Shown here one piece after another: positions 1 through 42,982 of a stretch of 64,000 nucleotides of DNA; the stretch's first letter is position 1, and each line of letters opens with the position of its first letter. The position numbers and the translations under genes were made by a program. The notes under the pieces were generated by a model. It made no database searches, had not been told where the DNA came from, and saw nothing but the letters and a program-made list of their open reading frames with translations. The DNA comes from Octopus sinensis (Eukaryota), in NCBI RefSeq assembly GCF_006345805.1, contig NC_043024.1, positions 12,028,001 to 12,092,000 on the forward strand. The letters are read 5' to 3'.

Positions 1-28681
<28,681 letters not shown>

Positions 28682-28685
<4 letters not shown>

Positions 28686-29095
28686 CCCTCCAGCACAGAG
28701 TATAGGCCACTTATAGTTGATCTCCGCCACGAGTTCTTAGGCCCACGTCTCCTTCTATACCCATCCGTGGAGTATAGGCCCCTTATAATTAAATTCCATG
28801 TCGCATAATTTTAGGCTTCTGTCCTTATACTCTGCCATGAATGTCCCCCTTTTTCCAGTCCCTTTTGTGTTGATCTCCCCCACGAGTTCTTAGGCCTACC
28901 TTTCTTTCTATATCCAACCGGTTTCCACTTTAAAGCACTTTTCGCTACATTTGGTGTGTCTTTTCTAATTGTGCTACCAATCCACTTCCACTTTTCCTTA
29001 AGTATTTGCTCCCTAATCGAAACTTGATTTGTTCTTTGCCATAGATCCGTATTGCTTATGTGTTCGGGTCATCTAATTTTAAGTATACATTCTAC
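28682..29095 (-). mobile_element. RTE-like LINE 3' fragment, antisense, abutting the mucin stop codon
   Basis: Minus translation ...ISNTDLWQRTNQVSIREQILKEKWKWIGSTIRK...ALKWKPVGYRKKGRPKNSW, typical RTE ORF C-terminus. Confidence 0.72.
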
Positions 29096-29124
29096 CATTC
29101 TCTTATCTTCAGAATTCTCTGAGG

Positions 29125-29286
29125 CAATGGCTCTCAACCAGGGTCCATATAAGATTTTTTTGTTAAAATCTTTGTGCATATTAAACTAATTATATTTCTA
29201 CAACATACAAAATATTTCAACATTTTCTAATACAATTCCTAACAACATTTCCTCATCATCGTCATCACATCATCATCATCATCATC

Positions 29287-29335
<49 letters not shown>

Positions 29336-29948
29336 TTAACGTCCGCTTTCCATGCTGGCATGGGTTGGACGATGATTTGACTGAGGACTGGCGAACCAGA
29401 TGGCTGCATCAGACTCCAATCTTGATCTGGCAGAGTTTCTACAGCTGGATGCCCTTCCTAACACCAACCACTTCGAGAGTGTAGTGGGTGCTTTTACGAG
29501 GGCCAGTCTAGCGGTTCTGGCAATGGCCATGCTCGAAAATGGTGTTTTTTATGTGCCACCTGCACAAGAGTCAGCCCAGCGGCCCTGGCAATGGCTCCAC
29601 TCAAATGGTTCCGGGTTCATGTGCCACTGGCACAAGTGCCAGTAAGGCGACACTGGTAACAATCATGCTCAAATGGTGCTTTTTACATGCCACCAGCACA
29701 GAAGCCAGACAGCTGCTCTGGCAGTGATCCCACTCAGATGGAGCTGTTAGCGCTCCACTGGCACAGGTGCCAGTCATCGAATTTGGTTCAATTTCGATTT
29801 AATTATAAAAATTTCGATTCTATCATTTCGATTTAATTATCAAAATATAATAGGAGCCTTTAGATACCGGATGCCTATGAGGGTCCCAGCCCATGGGTAA
29901 AGTAGGAATCAAAGGAATCCATAGGCAAAAAATAGTTGGGAACCCCTG
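29125..29948. mobile_element. hAT-type MITE with nested SINE
   Basis: Ends CAATGGCTCTCAACC / GTTGGGAACCCCTG; 8-bp TSD CTCTGAGG/CTCTGATG. Confidence 0.6.
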
Positions 29949-30976
29949 CTCTGATGAATCCAGGGGAGCAGGTATGGCTATATGGTGAAGAGGGTCACTT
30001 TGTGTTTACATGGTTACATGGCAGGAACGTTAGCACACCAGATGAAATGCTTAGCGGTATTCCACCTGTCGTTACGTTCTGAGTTCAAATTCCACCGAGG
30101 TCGACTTTGCCTTTCATCCTTTCGGGGTCGATAGATTAAGTACCAGTTACGCACTGAGGTTGATATAATCGACTTAATCCTTTTGTCTCTCCTTGTTTGT
30201 CCCCTCTTTGTTTAGCCCCTTGTGGGTAGTAAAGAAATAGGTATTTCGTCTGCCGCTACGTTCTGAGTTCAAATTCTGATAAGGTTGACTTTGCCTTTCA
30301 TCCTTTCAGAGTTGATAAATTAAGTACCAGTTGTATACTGGGGTCGATCTAATTGACTACCCACCACTTCCTCAAAATGTTGTGCCTTGTGCCTAGAGTA
30401 GAAAAGAATATCAAGGCAGGGAGCTGGCAGAAATTAGGGTTAGGGTTAGCATGCCAGGCGAAATGCTTAGCGGTATTTCGTCTGCCGCTATGTTCTGAGT
30501 TCAAATTCCGCCAAGGTCAACTTTGCCTTTCATCCTTTTGGGACCGATTAAATAAGTACCAGTTACGCACTGGGGTCGATATAATCGACTTAATCCCTTT
30601 TTCTGTCTTTGTTTGTTCTCTCTGTGTTTAGACCCTTGTGGGTAGTAAAGAAATAGGTATTTCGTCTGCCACTAAGTTCTGAGTTCAAATGCTGCCGAGG
30701 TCAATTTTCAGGATCGTTAAATTAAATATCAGTTGCGTATTGAGGTCGATCTAATCGACTGGCCCCCCTCTCCCAACATTTTGGCCTTCTACCTAAAGTA
30801 GAAAGGAATATATAGAATATATAGTATAAATAATATATATTGTGTAAAATGAAATGAAGTATTGATTGTCTTATTGAATAGATGAAATATTGAATATCAA
30901 ATATTAAGGGACTAGTATACTTTCTTGCATTTAAGCAGTCTTCAAGGTCCCAGGTTGTGACAGGAGTGTTTCAAAT

Positions 30977-31015
<39 letters not shown>

Positions 31016-31346
31016 GTACACAGAGGATTTAGATTAGAGCTACTGTTAGTTTCATGCCATGAAAAAACAATAAGTCAGGCTGAAACTATTTTGTGTATGT
31101 TATATAATATATCATATCATATTATATATCATATTATATTATATTATATTATATTATATTTATCTATATTTTAGTGTCTGTTATTTTTGTTTTGTTTCCA
31201 GTTTGAACGTCTTACTCCCAATATCCCAGAATGCATCAGACAAATAATATACGGAAATGGAATCATTTGCCACTACCAGAAATCATTTAATTCATACTGT
31301 TGATTGTAAATAATTGTGAATATCTATAGAAACCAATCATTCTTTC

Positions 31347-31352
31347 AATAAA
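31347..31352 (+). terminator. Candidate polyadenylation signal of the mucin-like gene
   Basis: AATAAA followed ~15 nt later by T/GT-rich CTCTCTTTGTCTTTGTGTT; no transcript evidence. Confidence 0.3.
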
Positions 31353-31469
31353 ATTTTCCACAACTCTCTTTGTCTTTGTGTTACCCTCATTTTTACAAGC
31401 GCCTTCAATTGAGATCGCATGTTACCTCAGGGTACCGTGTTATGACCTTTGAAACAAAATGGTATAAAG

Positions 31470-31688
31470 CAGTGCTTTTCAAACTTTTTGCTGGAGCGGA
31501 ACCCCAAGGAAACATTCCACTGGCTCGAGGAACCCCTGTGCAATAATTTAATAGTCTTATGCACACATATCTGCACAGGAGAATTAAAAATTACTGCCGA
31601 TTCTAGCAGTTTTGTAACTTCTTGCGGAACCCCTGGACTGTACTGGCGGAACCCTAAGGTTCCGCGGAACCCTGGTTGAAAACCACTG
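31470..31688. mobile_element. hAT-type MITE
   Basis: TIR CAGTGCTTTTCAAAC/GTTGAAAACCACTG; TSD GTATAAAG/GTGTAAAG. Confidence 0.8.
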
Positions 31689-31932
31689 GTGTAAAGCATC
31701 AAAGAATAAGGGACACATGTCTGATAACAGGTTTAAACACACACATCTTTTATATCTTTCTGTCATTAGACTGTAGCCATGCTGGGACACTCCTTGTAAA
31801 ACTTTTGGCCAAATAAATCGCTGCCACAATGTTATGTATTCTTTAGGTTCGTGTTGGGACAATAAACAACTCACTGAAGGCATTTTTATGATTCTACGTG
31901 TTTATTTACACGTCATGTTTACAAACTGTATA

Positions 31933-32620
31933 CCGTAAATCCTCGAGTATGATCCGCATTTCCCCCCATAATTTAAAGGTAAAAGATTTATGTCTAAATT
32001 GGGGCAGAATGAGTTAGGATAAATTTCAATAATTTCTTCCCTTTAACTGCCCGATGGGTAAATATATATGGAAGAGAACCACTCCAAGAGATCGTGAAGA
32101 GGTTCTGGAGAATATTTTATGTTCAGATTTTAGGTTTACTGTAAATCCTCGAGTATAATCCGCATTTCCCCCAAAAAATTTAAAGGTCAAAATCCCTAGT
32201 GCGTATTATACACGAGGTTTAAAATGAAAATTATTTTCTAAGCAATGTCCGAGTCTCTATTTGCTGTCCGGCAATGTTTATTCAGACGCATTTTGTGATG
32301 TCGGGTGTGAAAATACCTTAAGCTAAACCTGAAAGCAATGAAGTCATAAAAGAATCATCCATAACTTGCAGTAAGCAACAGTTATTAAAATAAAAGTATT
32401 CAGAACACAGAATAACATGTAACAAAAACAATTTGCAAACATATTTACATTCCCATATAACAGTTAAGAACATCACCATTATTGTATTACGCATGCACGG
32501 AAGCGTTTGTTCAACTAGGTGCTGCTGGCTTAATTACGCACGACTCAAGCTTAAGAAGGGGTGCGTATTATACACAAGGTTCAGGTTTTTCAGAGGTACA
32601 GCCCCCTAAAAATCCCTTAC
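31933..32620. mobile_element. pogo/Tigger-like MITE remnants
   Basis: TA-CCGTAAATCCTCGAGTAT start occurs twice; TGCGTATTATACAC motifs. Confidence 0.45.
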
Positions 32621-33385
32621 GCCTATGTTAAAAAAAATTATTTTGTGTAAAAAAATTATTTATTTTGTGTTTTATTTACTTTGCTAGGTAGTCGTTGTAG
32701 GATCGACTAGTCACGACTATCTAGCGCGGATGCGCGAGTACGTGAGTACGCGCACCGGGACCGCTCTTCTTAAATAGTACCTACATATAGATATGAACGT
32801 GTAACACCCAGTACTTAATTTTTTTTATAAAGCTTGGTACTTAGTGGCTTTGCAAAAGATATCGATGGACTAAGTTATAGGGATGTAAACACACCAGCAC
32901 CGGTTGGTACAAGAAAAACGTTTATGGAAACGCACACGTAAATATTGTATTTAAAATAAGTCATCTTTACAGACCATATTTGCAATTTTCTATATAATAA
33001 TCGATTCAACAAGCATTTTGGTTGCTATTTCTAGCAGGGGACGTGACCACAAGAGGTTTCAGACAAGAGTTACCTCCCTTAGTTTCTTGCTACACAAACG
33101 CGCTTGTTTCTGTTGTTTAAAATGCAGGCGTAATATTCTTTTACTCGTTTCAGTCATTTGACTGAGGCCATGCTGGAGCACCGCCTTCAGTCGAACAAAT
33201 CGACCCCAGGACTTATTCTTTGTAAGCTTAGTACTTATTCTATCGGTTTCTCTTTTACCGAACCGCTAAGTTACAGCGACGTAAACACACCAACATCGGT
33301 TGTCAAGTGATGGTGGGGGGACAAACACAGACACACAAACACACAAACACATACACTCATACACACACACACACACACACACGCA

Positions 33386-33420
<35 letters not shown>

Positions 33421-33636
33421 CATAGGCGCAGGAGTGGTTGTGTGGTAAGTAGCCTGCTTACCATCCACATGGCTCCGGGTTCAGTCCCACTGCGTGGCAC
33501 CTTGGGCAAGTGTCTTCTATTATGGGCTCGGGCCAACCAAAGCCTTGTGAGTGGATTTGGTAGACGGAAACTGAAAGAAGCCCGTCGTATACATGTATAA
33601 TATATATATATATACATATGTGATGTGTGTGTGTGT

Positions 33637-33672
<36 letters not shown>

Positions 33673-34318
33673 GTGTGGTTGTGGTGTTTGTTTGTTTTTG
33701 TGTGTACGTTTGGTTGTGTGTCTGGTATTTATCCTACAGACATCGCCTTCACAACCGATAAGGAGTGTGTTTACGTCCCCCATAACTTATCGGTCCGGCA
33801 ATAAAGACGATATAATGAGTATATATATAAATAGAAACATGTATATAATATATATACATATATATAAATACATATATATAATATATATACATATATATAA
33901 CATGTATACATATATATATATACATATATATAATATATATACATATATATAACATGTATACATATATATAACATGTATACATATATATATATACATATAT
34001 ATAATATATATACATATATATAACATGTATACATATATATAACATGTATACATATATATATACATATATATAATATATATATAAACACACACACACATAT
34101 ATGTCGTTCATTTGGTGAGAGAAAAATATTATTTAATAGACACAATGCATGTCTTTCATGCGGTACTACTGGCTTCATGGTACCAAACAAATGTTCCGTA
34201 ACCCGCCCGACTCCTCTGCATTGTCCGTTAAGGTACAGCCGACCTCACAAGAACTAAATATTGAACGACAGAAGAAAGCAGAAAAGTGGAGGAGGAAGAA
34301 GTATTTAGAAGTCGAAAG

Positions 34319-34497
34319 TTAAAAGTAATCAGGTGGAAGAGAAAAAATGCGAAGAGTTATCTCCCTTAGACCGTCAATTATAAGGATGAAAAAAGAACTT
34401 AGGCTTATATTTTCCTTGTTGCTTATTTTCCTTGGTCTATTCTTAGGTCTATTATTACTATTCTTCTTCTTCTTATTTATTATTATTATTATTATTA

Positions 34498-34532
<35 letters not shown>

Positions 34533-34756
34533 GAGAGGTTATATATTAATTTACCTTTAAAGCCACCATTGACTCGTGCATTGTTACAGTAAGGGGCTGC
34601 TTTCTTGAAAATTTCTTTAGGAAAAGAGAGGTTAGATACTCTCTTACTGATATTAACTATCAAGTTTTTAAATATTACAGGAGGGTGACAAAACTGTTTA
34701 TGTATTAGGGCGAGTTTCTCGTTAGACTTATGGAAAGATTTATAAGAGAAGGTCAC
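34319..34756 (-). mobile_element. Penelope-like element RT C-terminal fragment
   Basis: HPPVIFKNLIVNISKRVSNLS...IFKKAAPYCNNA. Confidence 0.6.
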
Positions 34757-34759
34757 GTT

Positions 34760-35080
34760 TAGTTAGTTAGTTAATTTTTTGGCTCAAAAAGCAAAAAGCA
34801 AGGCCATGTAGGGGGGACATGGAGTTATGTATAGGGTGGTGTTCATGTAAGAGTTCAGGCCACTTGAGGTCAAGGGAGACTTTGAACCGAGCGTCGTCAG
34901 CATCTTCACTATCTCGTCCGGCAGCTTATTCCATCCACGATCCGCAAACCCTGACGAGAAATCCCCTCTCCTTCGATTGAGATGAAATCGTCGCAGATAG
35001 AGCTTTTCGGAGTGACCCCGCAACCGACGCTCTGGAGCAGGAGCGAAGAACAGCTCTTTTGAGAGGTTACACTTTCCGCT
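34760..35080 (-). mobile_element. CR1-group LINE 3' end
   Basis: RGHSEKL...GWNKLPDEIV followed by short (CTAA)n tail. Confidence 0.65.
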
Positions 35081-35156
35081 TTAGGGAAAATCTAAAAATT
35101 CAATTATAGACAGATTACCAGGTACTGAGATTTTAAGGCCTAATTGACTGAGGGTA

Positions 35157-35390
35157 CGAAGGTGAGTCAAAAAGTAATGCCATTTTATTTAGGACAGGTA
35201 TAATTACCAATACAGGAACATGTATCATACATCAAAATGAAGCTGGTCCTCTGTGGATCACATCCCTTCTTCTCAACATAGTCACCGTTTCTCTCAATAG
35301 CAATGTTCCACCTTCGAATGAGAGCATGTATCCCTGCCCCGTAAAATTCTGTTGACCATTCTTTGAGCCACTGGAATAATGTTTGCCTCT
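35157..35390 (-). mobile_element. Mariner 3'-end fragment / MITE (also 36479-36780)
   Basis: TA-CGAAGGTGAGTCAAAAAGTAATGCC TIR; minus frame EFYGAGIHALIRRWNIAIERNGDYVEK = mariner transposase C-terminus. Confidence 0.75.
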
Positions 35391-35406
35391 CAACTCCTCC
35401 CCCCCC

Positions 35407-35437
<31 letters not shown>

Positions 35438-36378
35438 AATATATAGCGGCGTACGTACACTTTGTTCTCCTCTCTCTCTCTCTTTATATATATATATATA
35501 TATATATATACAAAATAGGACAAGAACGCAAAACGTCCAGACAGTTAGCTGACAGTTAGCTGACGGAAAAAACGGACAAAGCAGACAGTTAGCTGACGGA
35601 AAAAACGGACAAAGTTACACAAATATAAATACAATATAAATAATAACAGGACATAACAACAGGTGTCTTTCGACTAAGGACGAATTGAATTAAGCTGGCG
35701 CGTATGGAAATGAAGCCTTACGGCAGGGATACAAAAGTTTCACAAACACAGGGAAGAATATCGATGTTGCACTGACCACGGTCAGACCCAGAAAGAAAGA
35801 GCAGGCTTGGCCGATCGGTCACGTGGGAAGAGAAGAGAGAGAAGTAGAGGCAGAGGGATAGAAGAATTAAGGAGGGGCGAGAAAAAATGAGAGGGACACA
35901 GTGAAGTGAAAAGTGGAGGGAAAGTGAATAAGAAGAGAAGGCAAAGAAATGTAAGTGAGGGGGGAACGAAAGAACAGAGAGTGGAATATGTATGTAGTTA
36001 TATATAGATCTATCTTATCTCTCTCTCTATATATATATATATATAACACCGTGACCGTAACCGACCAGGCTATCAGATGTTGTTACACATCGCTGGTCAC
36101 AATGCGCTCCACATTGTTTTAGCGTTGAAATGACGCCACCCTGCTGCCTAAGCGAGCAGGCCAACAGAAGAAAGAATGAGAGAATTTGTGGCGAAAGAGT
36201 ACAACAGGGATCGCCACCAGCCCCTGCCGGTGCCTCGTGGAGCTTTTTTAGGTGTTTTCGCTCGACAAACACACAATACCCGGTCTGGGAATCGAAACCG
36301 CGATCCTACAACCGCGAGTCCACTGCCCTAACCACTGGGCCATTGCGCAATCAAAAAGAAGAAGAAGAAGATAATATA

Positions 36379-36478
36379 NNNNNNNNNNNNNNNNNNNNNN
36401 NNNNNNNNNNNNNNNNNNNNNNNNNNNNNNNNNNNNNNNNNNNNNNNNNNNNNNNNNNNNNNNNNNNNNNNNNNNNNN
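36379..36478. other. Assembly gap (100 N)
   Basis: Run of n. Confidence 1.
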
Positions 36479-37065
36479 GTTTAGGACAGGTATAATTACC
36501 AACACAGGAACATGTATCATACATCAAAATGAAGCTGGTCCTCTGTGGATCACATCCTTACTTCTCAACATAGTCACCGTTTCTCTCAATAGCAAGATTC
36601 CACCTTCGAATGAGAGCATGTATCCCTACTCCGTAAAATTCTGTTGACTGTTCTTTGATCCACTTCTTCACTACAGTTTCCACTTCCTCGTCACTGGAAT
36701 AATCTAGCGCCTTCAGACTATCATCTCTTCGGCCCCATGAAAGAGGATTTGAGAGGCAAACATTATTCCAGTGACGAGGAGAAGACGGGAAGATGTGTTT
36801 TCAATATGAATCGATTTACATAGATATCAATACATCTACCTCTCTATATCTCCGTACCTATCTATCTACACTCACATACACCCATAACTCTTCGAAACGT
36901 CAAACGCTCTCTCTTTTCACGCGAATTTAATTAAATTCTATGTCTTTGTGCAGCTCAAGATTGCTCTGCATTTTAAATCGGTGTAATGTTTTCATTGTTC
37001 AATTAAATGGAGTTGCATGAAACGATCGTACTGCATTACCTATGGGTATCCTTTTGCTATTTTGA

Positions 37066-37115
<50 letters not shown>

Positions 37116-37436
37116 ATAAAATCGATGTTTAAATACAGATCGTAACAGGTGGCCGGCATCGGAATAAAAACCTTTTCAAAGGAAATAATTATTTAAAATT
37201 ATAATTTAGTAGCGTGGTGGTATCTCTTAGGTAGCCTAAATTATGATTTGGCCTAGTGGTTAGGGCAGCGGACTCGCGGTCGTAGGATCGCGGTTTCGAT
37301 TCCCAGACCGGACGTTGTGAGTGTTTATTGAGCGAAAACACCTAAAAGCTCCACGAGGCTCCGGCAGGGGATGGTGGCGACCCCTGCTGTACTCTTTCAC
37401 CACTCTTTCTCCTGATGGACTGGTCGGTCACGTGAT

Positions 37437-37476
<40 letters not shown>

Positions 37477-37830
37477 AGACTTCACGAAAAAAATACAACA
37501 AAAGATGAAGACAGGTGGTGTAGAAAATAAACAGATGTATTAGTATAACGCTCGGGAATTGAAAGGGTCTTTAACGTTTCGAGCCTACGCTCTTCCACAG
37601 AAAGGAACAGAGAAAGAAACAAGGAGAAAAAAAATGCATGTAGTGGCTACCGATCTATCATGGCGACTCACTTGATCATGTCTCTTCTCATCACCCACGA
37701 ACTTCTCCACTGAAATTTCTACCTTCTACCTTTCTACCCTTTACGGATTCTCTTTTGGACATTTTACCATCGGCTGCACCTCTCCTACCTATGGACTACT
37801 GGACTCTCTTTCTCTCTCTTTCTCTCTCTC

Positions 37831-37872
<42 letters not shown>

Positions 37873-37874
37873 TA

Positions 37875-37926
<52 letters not shown>

Positions 37927-37969
37927 CAGTCTATGTGTGTGTGTGGTGTGTATGTGCATACATACATAC

Positions 37970-38373
37970 CTATTAGTCCAAAAAAACTAGTGGTAAGAAA
38001 TTTTTTCCGATTCAACTATTTGCTTCTTTTCCTATTCTTTTTTCCCCCTTTTTCTTCTTCGTTTTTTTTTTACCGTTGTTGTTGTCGTTGTTGTTGCTCT
38101 CACCGAGTTAAGCCTTTTTTGTTCGTTTGTTCTTTTTTTTATTCCAATACTCTGGTATTCCTGCTCTGTATACACGACTTCGGTGTACACCGTCTTCAGT
38201 TGGTTGCCAGAATAAACGAAATGTATGAAGATTTTTTACTATTGGTTTATGTACGTATGTATGTATGTATGTATGTATGTATGTATGTATGTATGTATGT
38301 ATGTATGTATGTATGTATGTGTGTATGTATGTATGTATGTATGTATGTATATATGGGTATATATAAATGTATA

Positions 38374-38423
<50 letters not shown>

Positions 38424-38876
38424 ATATATAATATATATATATATATATACAGTCTATGTGTGTGTGTGTGTGTATGTGCATACATACATACCTATTAGTC
38501 CAAAAGAAACTAGTGGTAAGAACATTTTTCCGATTCAACTATTTGCTTCTTTTCCTATTCTTTTTTCCCCTTTTTTCTTCTTCGTTTTTTTTTTACCGTT
38601 GTTTTGTCGTTGTGGTTGCTCTCACCGAGTTAAGCCTTTTTTGTTCGTTTGTTCTTTTTTTTATTCCAATACTCTGGTATTCCTGCTCTGTATACACGAC
38701 TTCGGTGTACACGTCTTCAGTTGTTTGCCAGAATAAACGAAATGTATGAAGATTTTTTACTATTGGTTTATGTACGTATGTATGTATGTATGTATGTATG
38801 TATTGTTTTATGTATTATATGATGTATGTATGTTTGTATGTCTGTATGTATGTATGTATTATATGTGTATATATAA

Positions 38877-38933
<57 letters not shown>

Positions 38934-39275
38934 TATATATAATATATATTATATCCCTAACGTCTATGTGTGTGTGTGTGTGTGTGCATACATACATACC
39001 TATTAGTCCAAAAGAAACTAGTGGTAAGAACATTTTTCCGATTCAACTATTTGCTTCTTTTCCTATTCTTTTTTCCCCTTTTTTCTTCTTCGTTTTTTTT
39101 TTACCGTTGTTGTTGTCGTTGTTGTTGCTCTCCACCCGAGTTAAGCCTTTTTTGTTCGTTTGTTCTTTTTTTATATTCCAATACTCTGGTATTCCTGCTC
39201 TGTATACACGACTTCGGTGTACACCGTCTTCAGTTGGTTGCCAGAATAAACGAAATGTATGAGATTTTTACTATT
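37970..39275 (-). pseudogene. Micropeptide gene copy A: three tandem copies of exon 1 (coding 39000-39033 and 38492-38525 intact; 37970-38001 ATG lost); exon 2 absent
   Basis: ATG TTC TTA CCA CTA GTT TCT TTT GGA CTA ATA G|GTATGT ([12 protein letters not shown]); homologous intron end at 36781-36925 stops ~50 nt short of the acceptor. Confidence 0.6.
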
Positions 39276-39397
39276 GGTTTATGTACGTATGTAATGTATG
39301 TATGTATGTATGTTTATGTTTATGATGTATGTATGATGTATGTATGTATGTGTGTATGTATGTATATGTATGTATGTTATAATAATGTGTATTATAA

Positions 39398-39477
<80 letters not shown>

Positions 39478-40229
39478 TTTCTCAATAAATTTCCTCCACT
39501 CTCTCTCTAGTCTATCTGTCTTCTCTCACCCACCTCTCTCTTTTTTTTTCTGCCTTGTTTTTCTCTGTCCGTCTTTCTCTTTCTGTCCTTCTTTTCTCTC
39601 TTGTGACGAAACAATTCTTCATTTGTCAAGTCGAAAGAGCGTCGGACAAAATATTCGTCCTGATGTAATAATGCATTTAAATTTTGCCACAAGGATAGCA
39701 ATTTATTGTTGTTTTTTTTACGACATGAAAGACTAAATTTGTATCACACCTGTCCCTGCATTGTTTTCACCTTTCTAATGCAATGGTTGTACCTTGTGAT
39801 GGGATATCAGCTTCTCGATATTTGGCTGAAAGGTACTAAGTTAGTCTTAGCTCACTGCGTTCAATAATTTTTAGTCTGTTTCTTTGCTCAGAACGAATCT
39901 GGGCAGCTACAGTGGTCACGTGGGCAATATTGTGGGAAGATGCCTTGAGTCAGTTATTGCTTAGTCGAGAAGGGTTACTGCGATTTGGGTTATTCCCTTT
40001 CTACTGTATGCACAAGGCTCAAAATTTTCTGGGAGGAGGCCAGCCGATTATATCGACCCCAGTACGAAACTGGTACTAAATTTATCGACCCCGAAATGAT
40101 GAAAGGCAAAGTCAACCACGGCGGAATTTGAACTCAGAACACAAAGACTGACGAAAAACTCCTAGTAATTTCGCCCGGCATGTTAACGTTTCTGCTAGCT
40201 CCCCGCCTTCTGCGAGTTGTATTATTGCC

Positions 40230-40935
40230 ACTAGATAGGTTAATTTAGTATGCAGTGTGACAAAGATTAGGTTCCAAGGTGTGGCGTTGAAGTTTACGTC
40301 TGTTAGAGAAGGCGATTATGGATCCCATATTAGCTGTGGTAGAGTAGGACAGTTTAACCGAATATTTATTAAATATAGGGTAGTATTTATGCTGTGATGG
40401 GGAGTTGGAGATTAGGATTCTAAAGGAAAGATTTAAGTTGGAGGGAGAAGGTGAGGCAAACCATAGGATCTTCCACTTCCTTGCGCTGAGAGTTCCATTC
40501 TCCATAACTGATTATATCGTTCTCAGTAAGATTCACAGAATATCTTCTTGAAGATTAATAAGAAATAAAAGACCTAGGTGTAAGACCTTCCAAGGTTCCT
40601 TCGACGAGTGTATGTTGTTGGTTGCGATTGTGATGGTTGGTGCGTGTTTGAGATGTGATTTGAGATATGTATTGTTTGAGCCTGGTATTATGGATGTATT
40701 CTATTTGTTGGCAAAAGCCGCTAGCGGCAAGTGCTTGATTATAATACGGTGCGTGATTATTGAAAATTTCCTCAATGGAAGAGAGATCAGATATGCGGGT
40801 GGAGATGCCCTTGATTATGTTATCGCAAGTGGATTTGGGGCGATTGGAGTGGATGTTAAGGTATTTAAGATATTGGTTAAGTTTGTGGTAAGGGGAGCAT
40901 TGGTAGGTTGATAAGTTTAAAGTTGTGTCAAGAAA
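40230..40935 (-). mobile_element. Penelope-like element fragment at the centre of an inverted duplication
   Basis: LDTTLNL...YLNIHSNRPKS...ISTRISDLSSIEEIFNNHAPYYNQALAASGF. Confidence 0.65.
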
Positions 40936-42195
40936 GTAGAGAGGGAATAATCCAAGTCGGAGTGACCCTTCTCGACTAAAGAATAACTGACTCAAGGCAT
41001 CTTCCCACAATATTGCCCATGTAACCACTGCAGTTGCCCAGATTCGTTCTGACAAAGAAACAGACTGAAAATTATTGAACTCGGGGAGCTAAGACTACCT
41101 TAGTACCTTTCAGCCAAATGTCGAGAAGCTGATATCCAAGCACAAGGTACAGCCATCGCATTAGAAAGGTGAAAGCAATGCAGTTAGTTTTTCGTGTCGT
41201 AGAAAACAACAACAAAAACAGGCTTAATTCGGTTGAGCTTTATTCGAGAAAAGTGGAGGCGCGTGGCTTAGTGGTTAGGGTGTCAGCATCATGATCGTAA
41301 GATTGTGGTTTCGATTTCTAGACCGGGCGACGCGTTGTGTTCTTGAGCAAGACACTTCATTTCACGTTGCTCCAGTTCACTCAGCTGGCAAAAATGAGTA
41401 ACGCTGTGATGGACTGGCGTCCTGTCCAGCTGGGGAACACATACGCCATAGAAACCGGGAAACAGGGCCCATGAGCCTGGCTAGGCTTTAAAAGGGCGCA
41501 TTTATTATTTTTTAAATTTTATTCCAGAAATACAGCTGTTTTGAATTTGCAGTAGGAGGAGGATGTCGATGTATGCGATGGTGAGGGTGTGTGTGGGGAT
41601 GGAGCGCTCGGGATGCCAAGGGGCCGACAGACTTTGGGATCTACTGACAACTGGTCGGTTGAGACTTCAATAGAGTTTTTAGTCCGGAGTGGGCTTGAAT
41701 CGTAAATCCTATCTGATTGATATTTATGCAATCGATATTAAAATTTGGGAATAGGCAAAGCTAACCTAGGACTGGTTTGAACTCAGATTATTACATCCGG
41801 CCGATAAGGCGGCGAGCTGGCAGGATTGTTAGAACATGGGCGAAATGCTTAGTGATATTTCACTTGCCGCTACGTTCTGAGTTCAAATTCCGCCAAGGGC
41901 GACTTTGCTGTCTATCCTTTCTGGGTCGATAAATTAAGTACCAGTTGAACACTGGGGTCGATATGATCGACTATCCTCTTCCCCCAATATTGCTATCCTT
42001 GTGGCAAAATTTGAAAGAATTATTATATCAGGTCGAATATTTTGTCCGATGCTGTTTCGACTTGACAAGTGAAGTGTTGTTTCGTCACAAGAGAGAAAAG
42101 ATAGACAGAAAGAGAGAGAAAGCAGAAAAAAAGAGAGGGAAGAAGAGAAAAAAGATAGGATAGAGAGAGAGAGTTTGAGAAATTTAAAGAGAAAA

Positions 42196-42230
<35 letters not shown>

Positions 42231-42249
42231 GTATGTACGTATGTATGTG

Positions 42250-42283
<34 letters not shown>

Positions 42284-42445
42284 TGGGAGAAAATTATAGA
42301 GAAAGGTATATATACATATATAGAGAGAAAGGCATGTATATATATATATAGAGAGAGAGAGACAGAGAGAGAAAGAGACAGAGAGAGAGAGGGTGAGAGA
42401 GATGCATATATATTGAAATACAGTCAGCCACATATACACACAAAC

Positions 42446-42493
<48 letters not shown>

Positions 42494-42854
42494 GAGTGTG
42501 TGTGTGTGTGTGTGTTTGTGTGTATGTGTGTACAAACATGCGCAGATGCATACAGGTGCAGAAAAGCATACACGCATACATACATACATACATACATACA
42601 CCAATAGAAAAAAAAACTAGCGTTGTTCGTAGATTTCGGTTTATTCTGGCAACCAACTGAAGACGGTGTACACCGAAGTCGTGTATACAGAGCAGGAATA
42701 CCAGAGTATTGGAATAAAAAAAGAACAAACGAACAAAAAAGGCTTAACTCGGTGGGAACAACAACAACGACAACAACAACGGTAAAAAAAAAAACGAAGA
42801 AGAAAAAAGGGGGAAAAAAGAATAGAAAAAGAAGCAAATAGTTGAATCGGAAAA

Positions 42855-42938
42855 ATGTTCTTACCACTAGTTTCTTTTGGACTAACAGGTATGTACGTAT
42901 GCACACACACACCCACACACACACACGACTTTGTGTGT

Positions 42939-42982
<44 letters not shown>

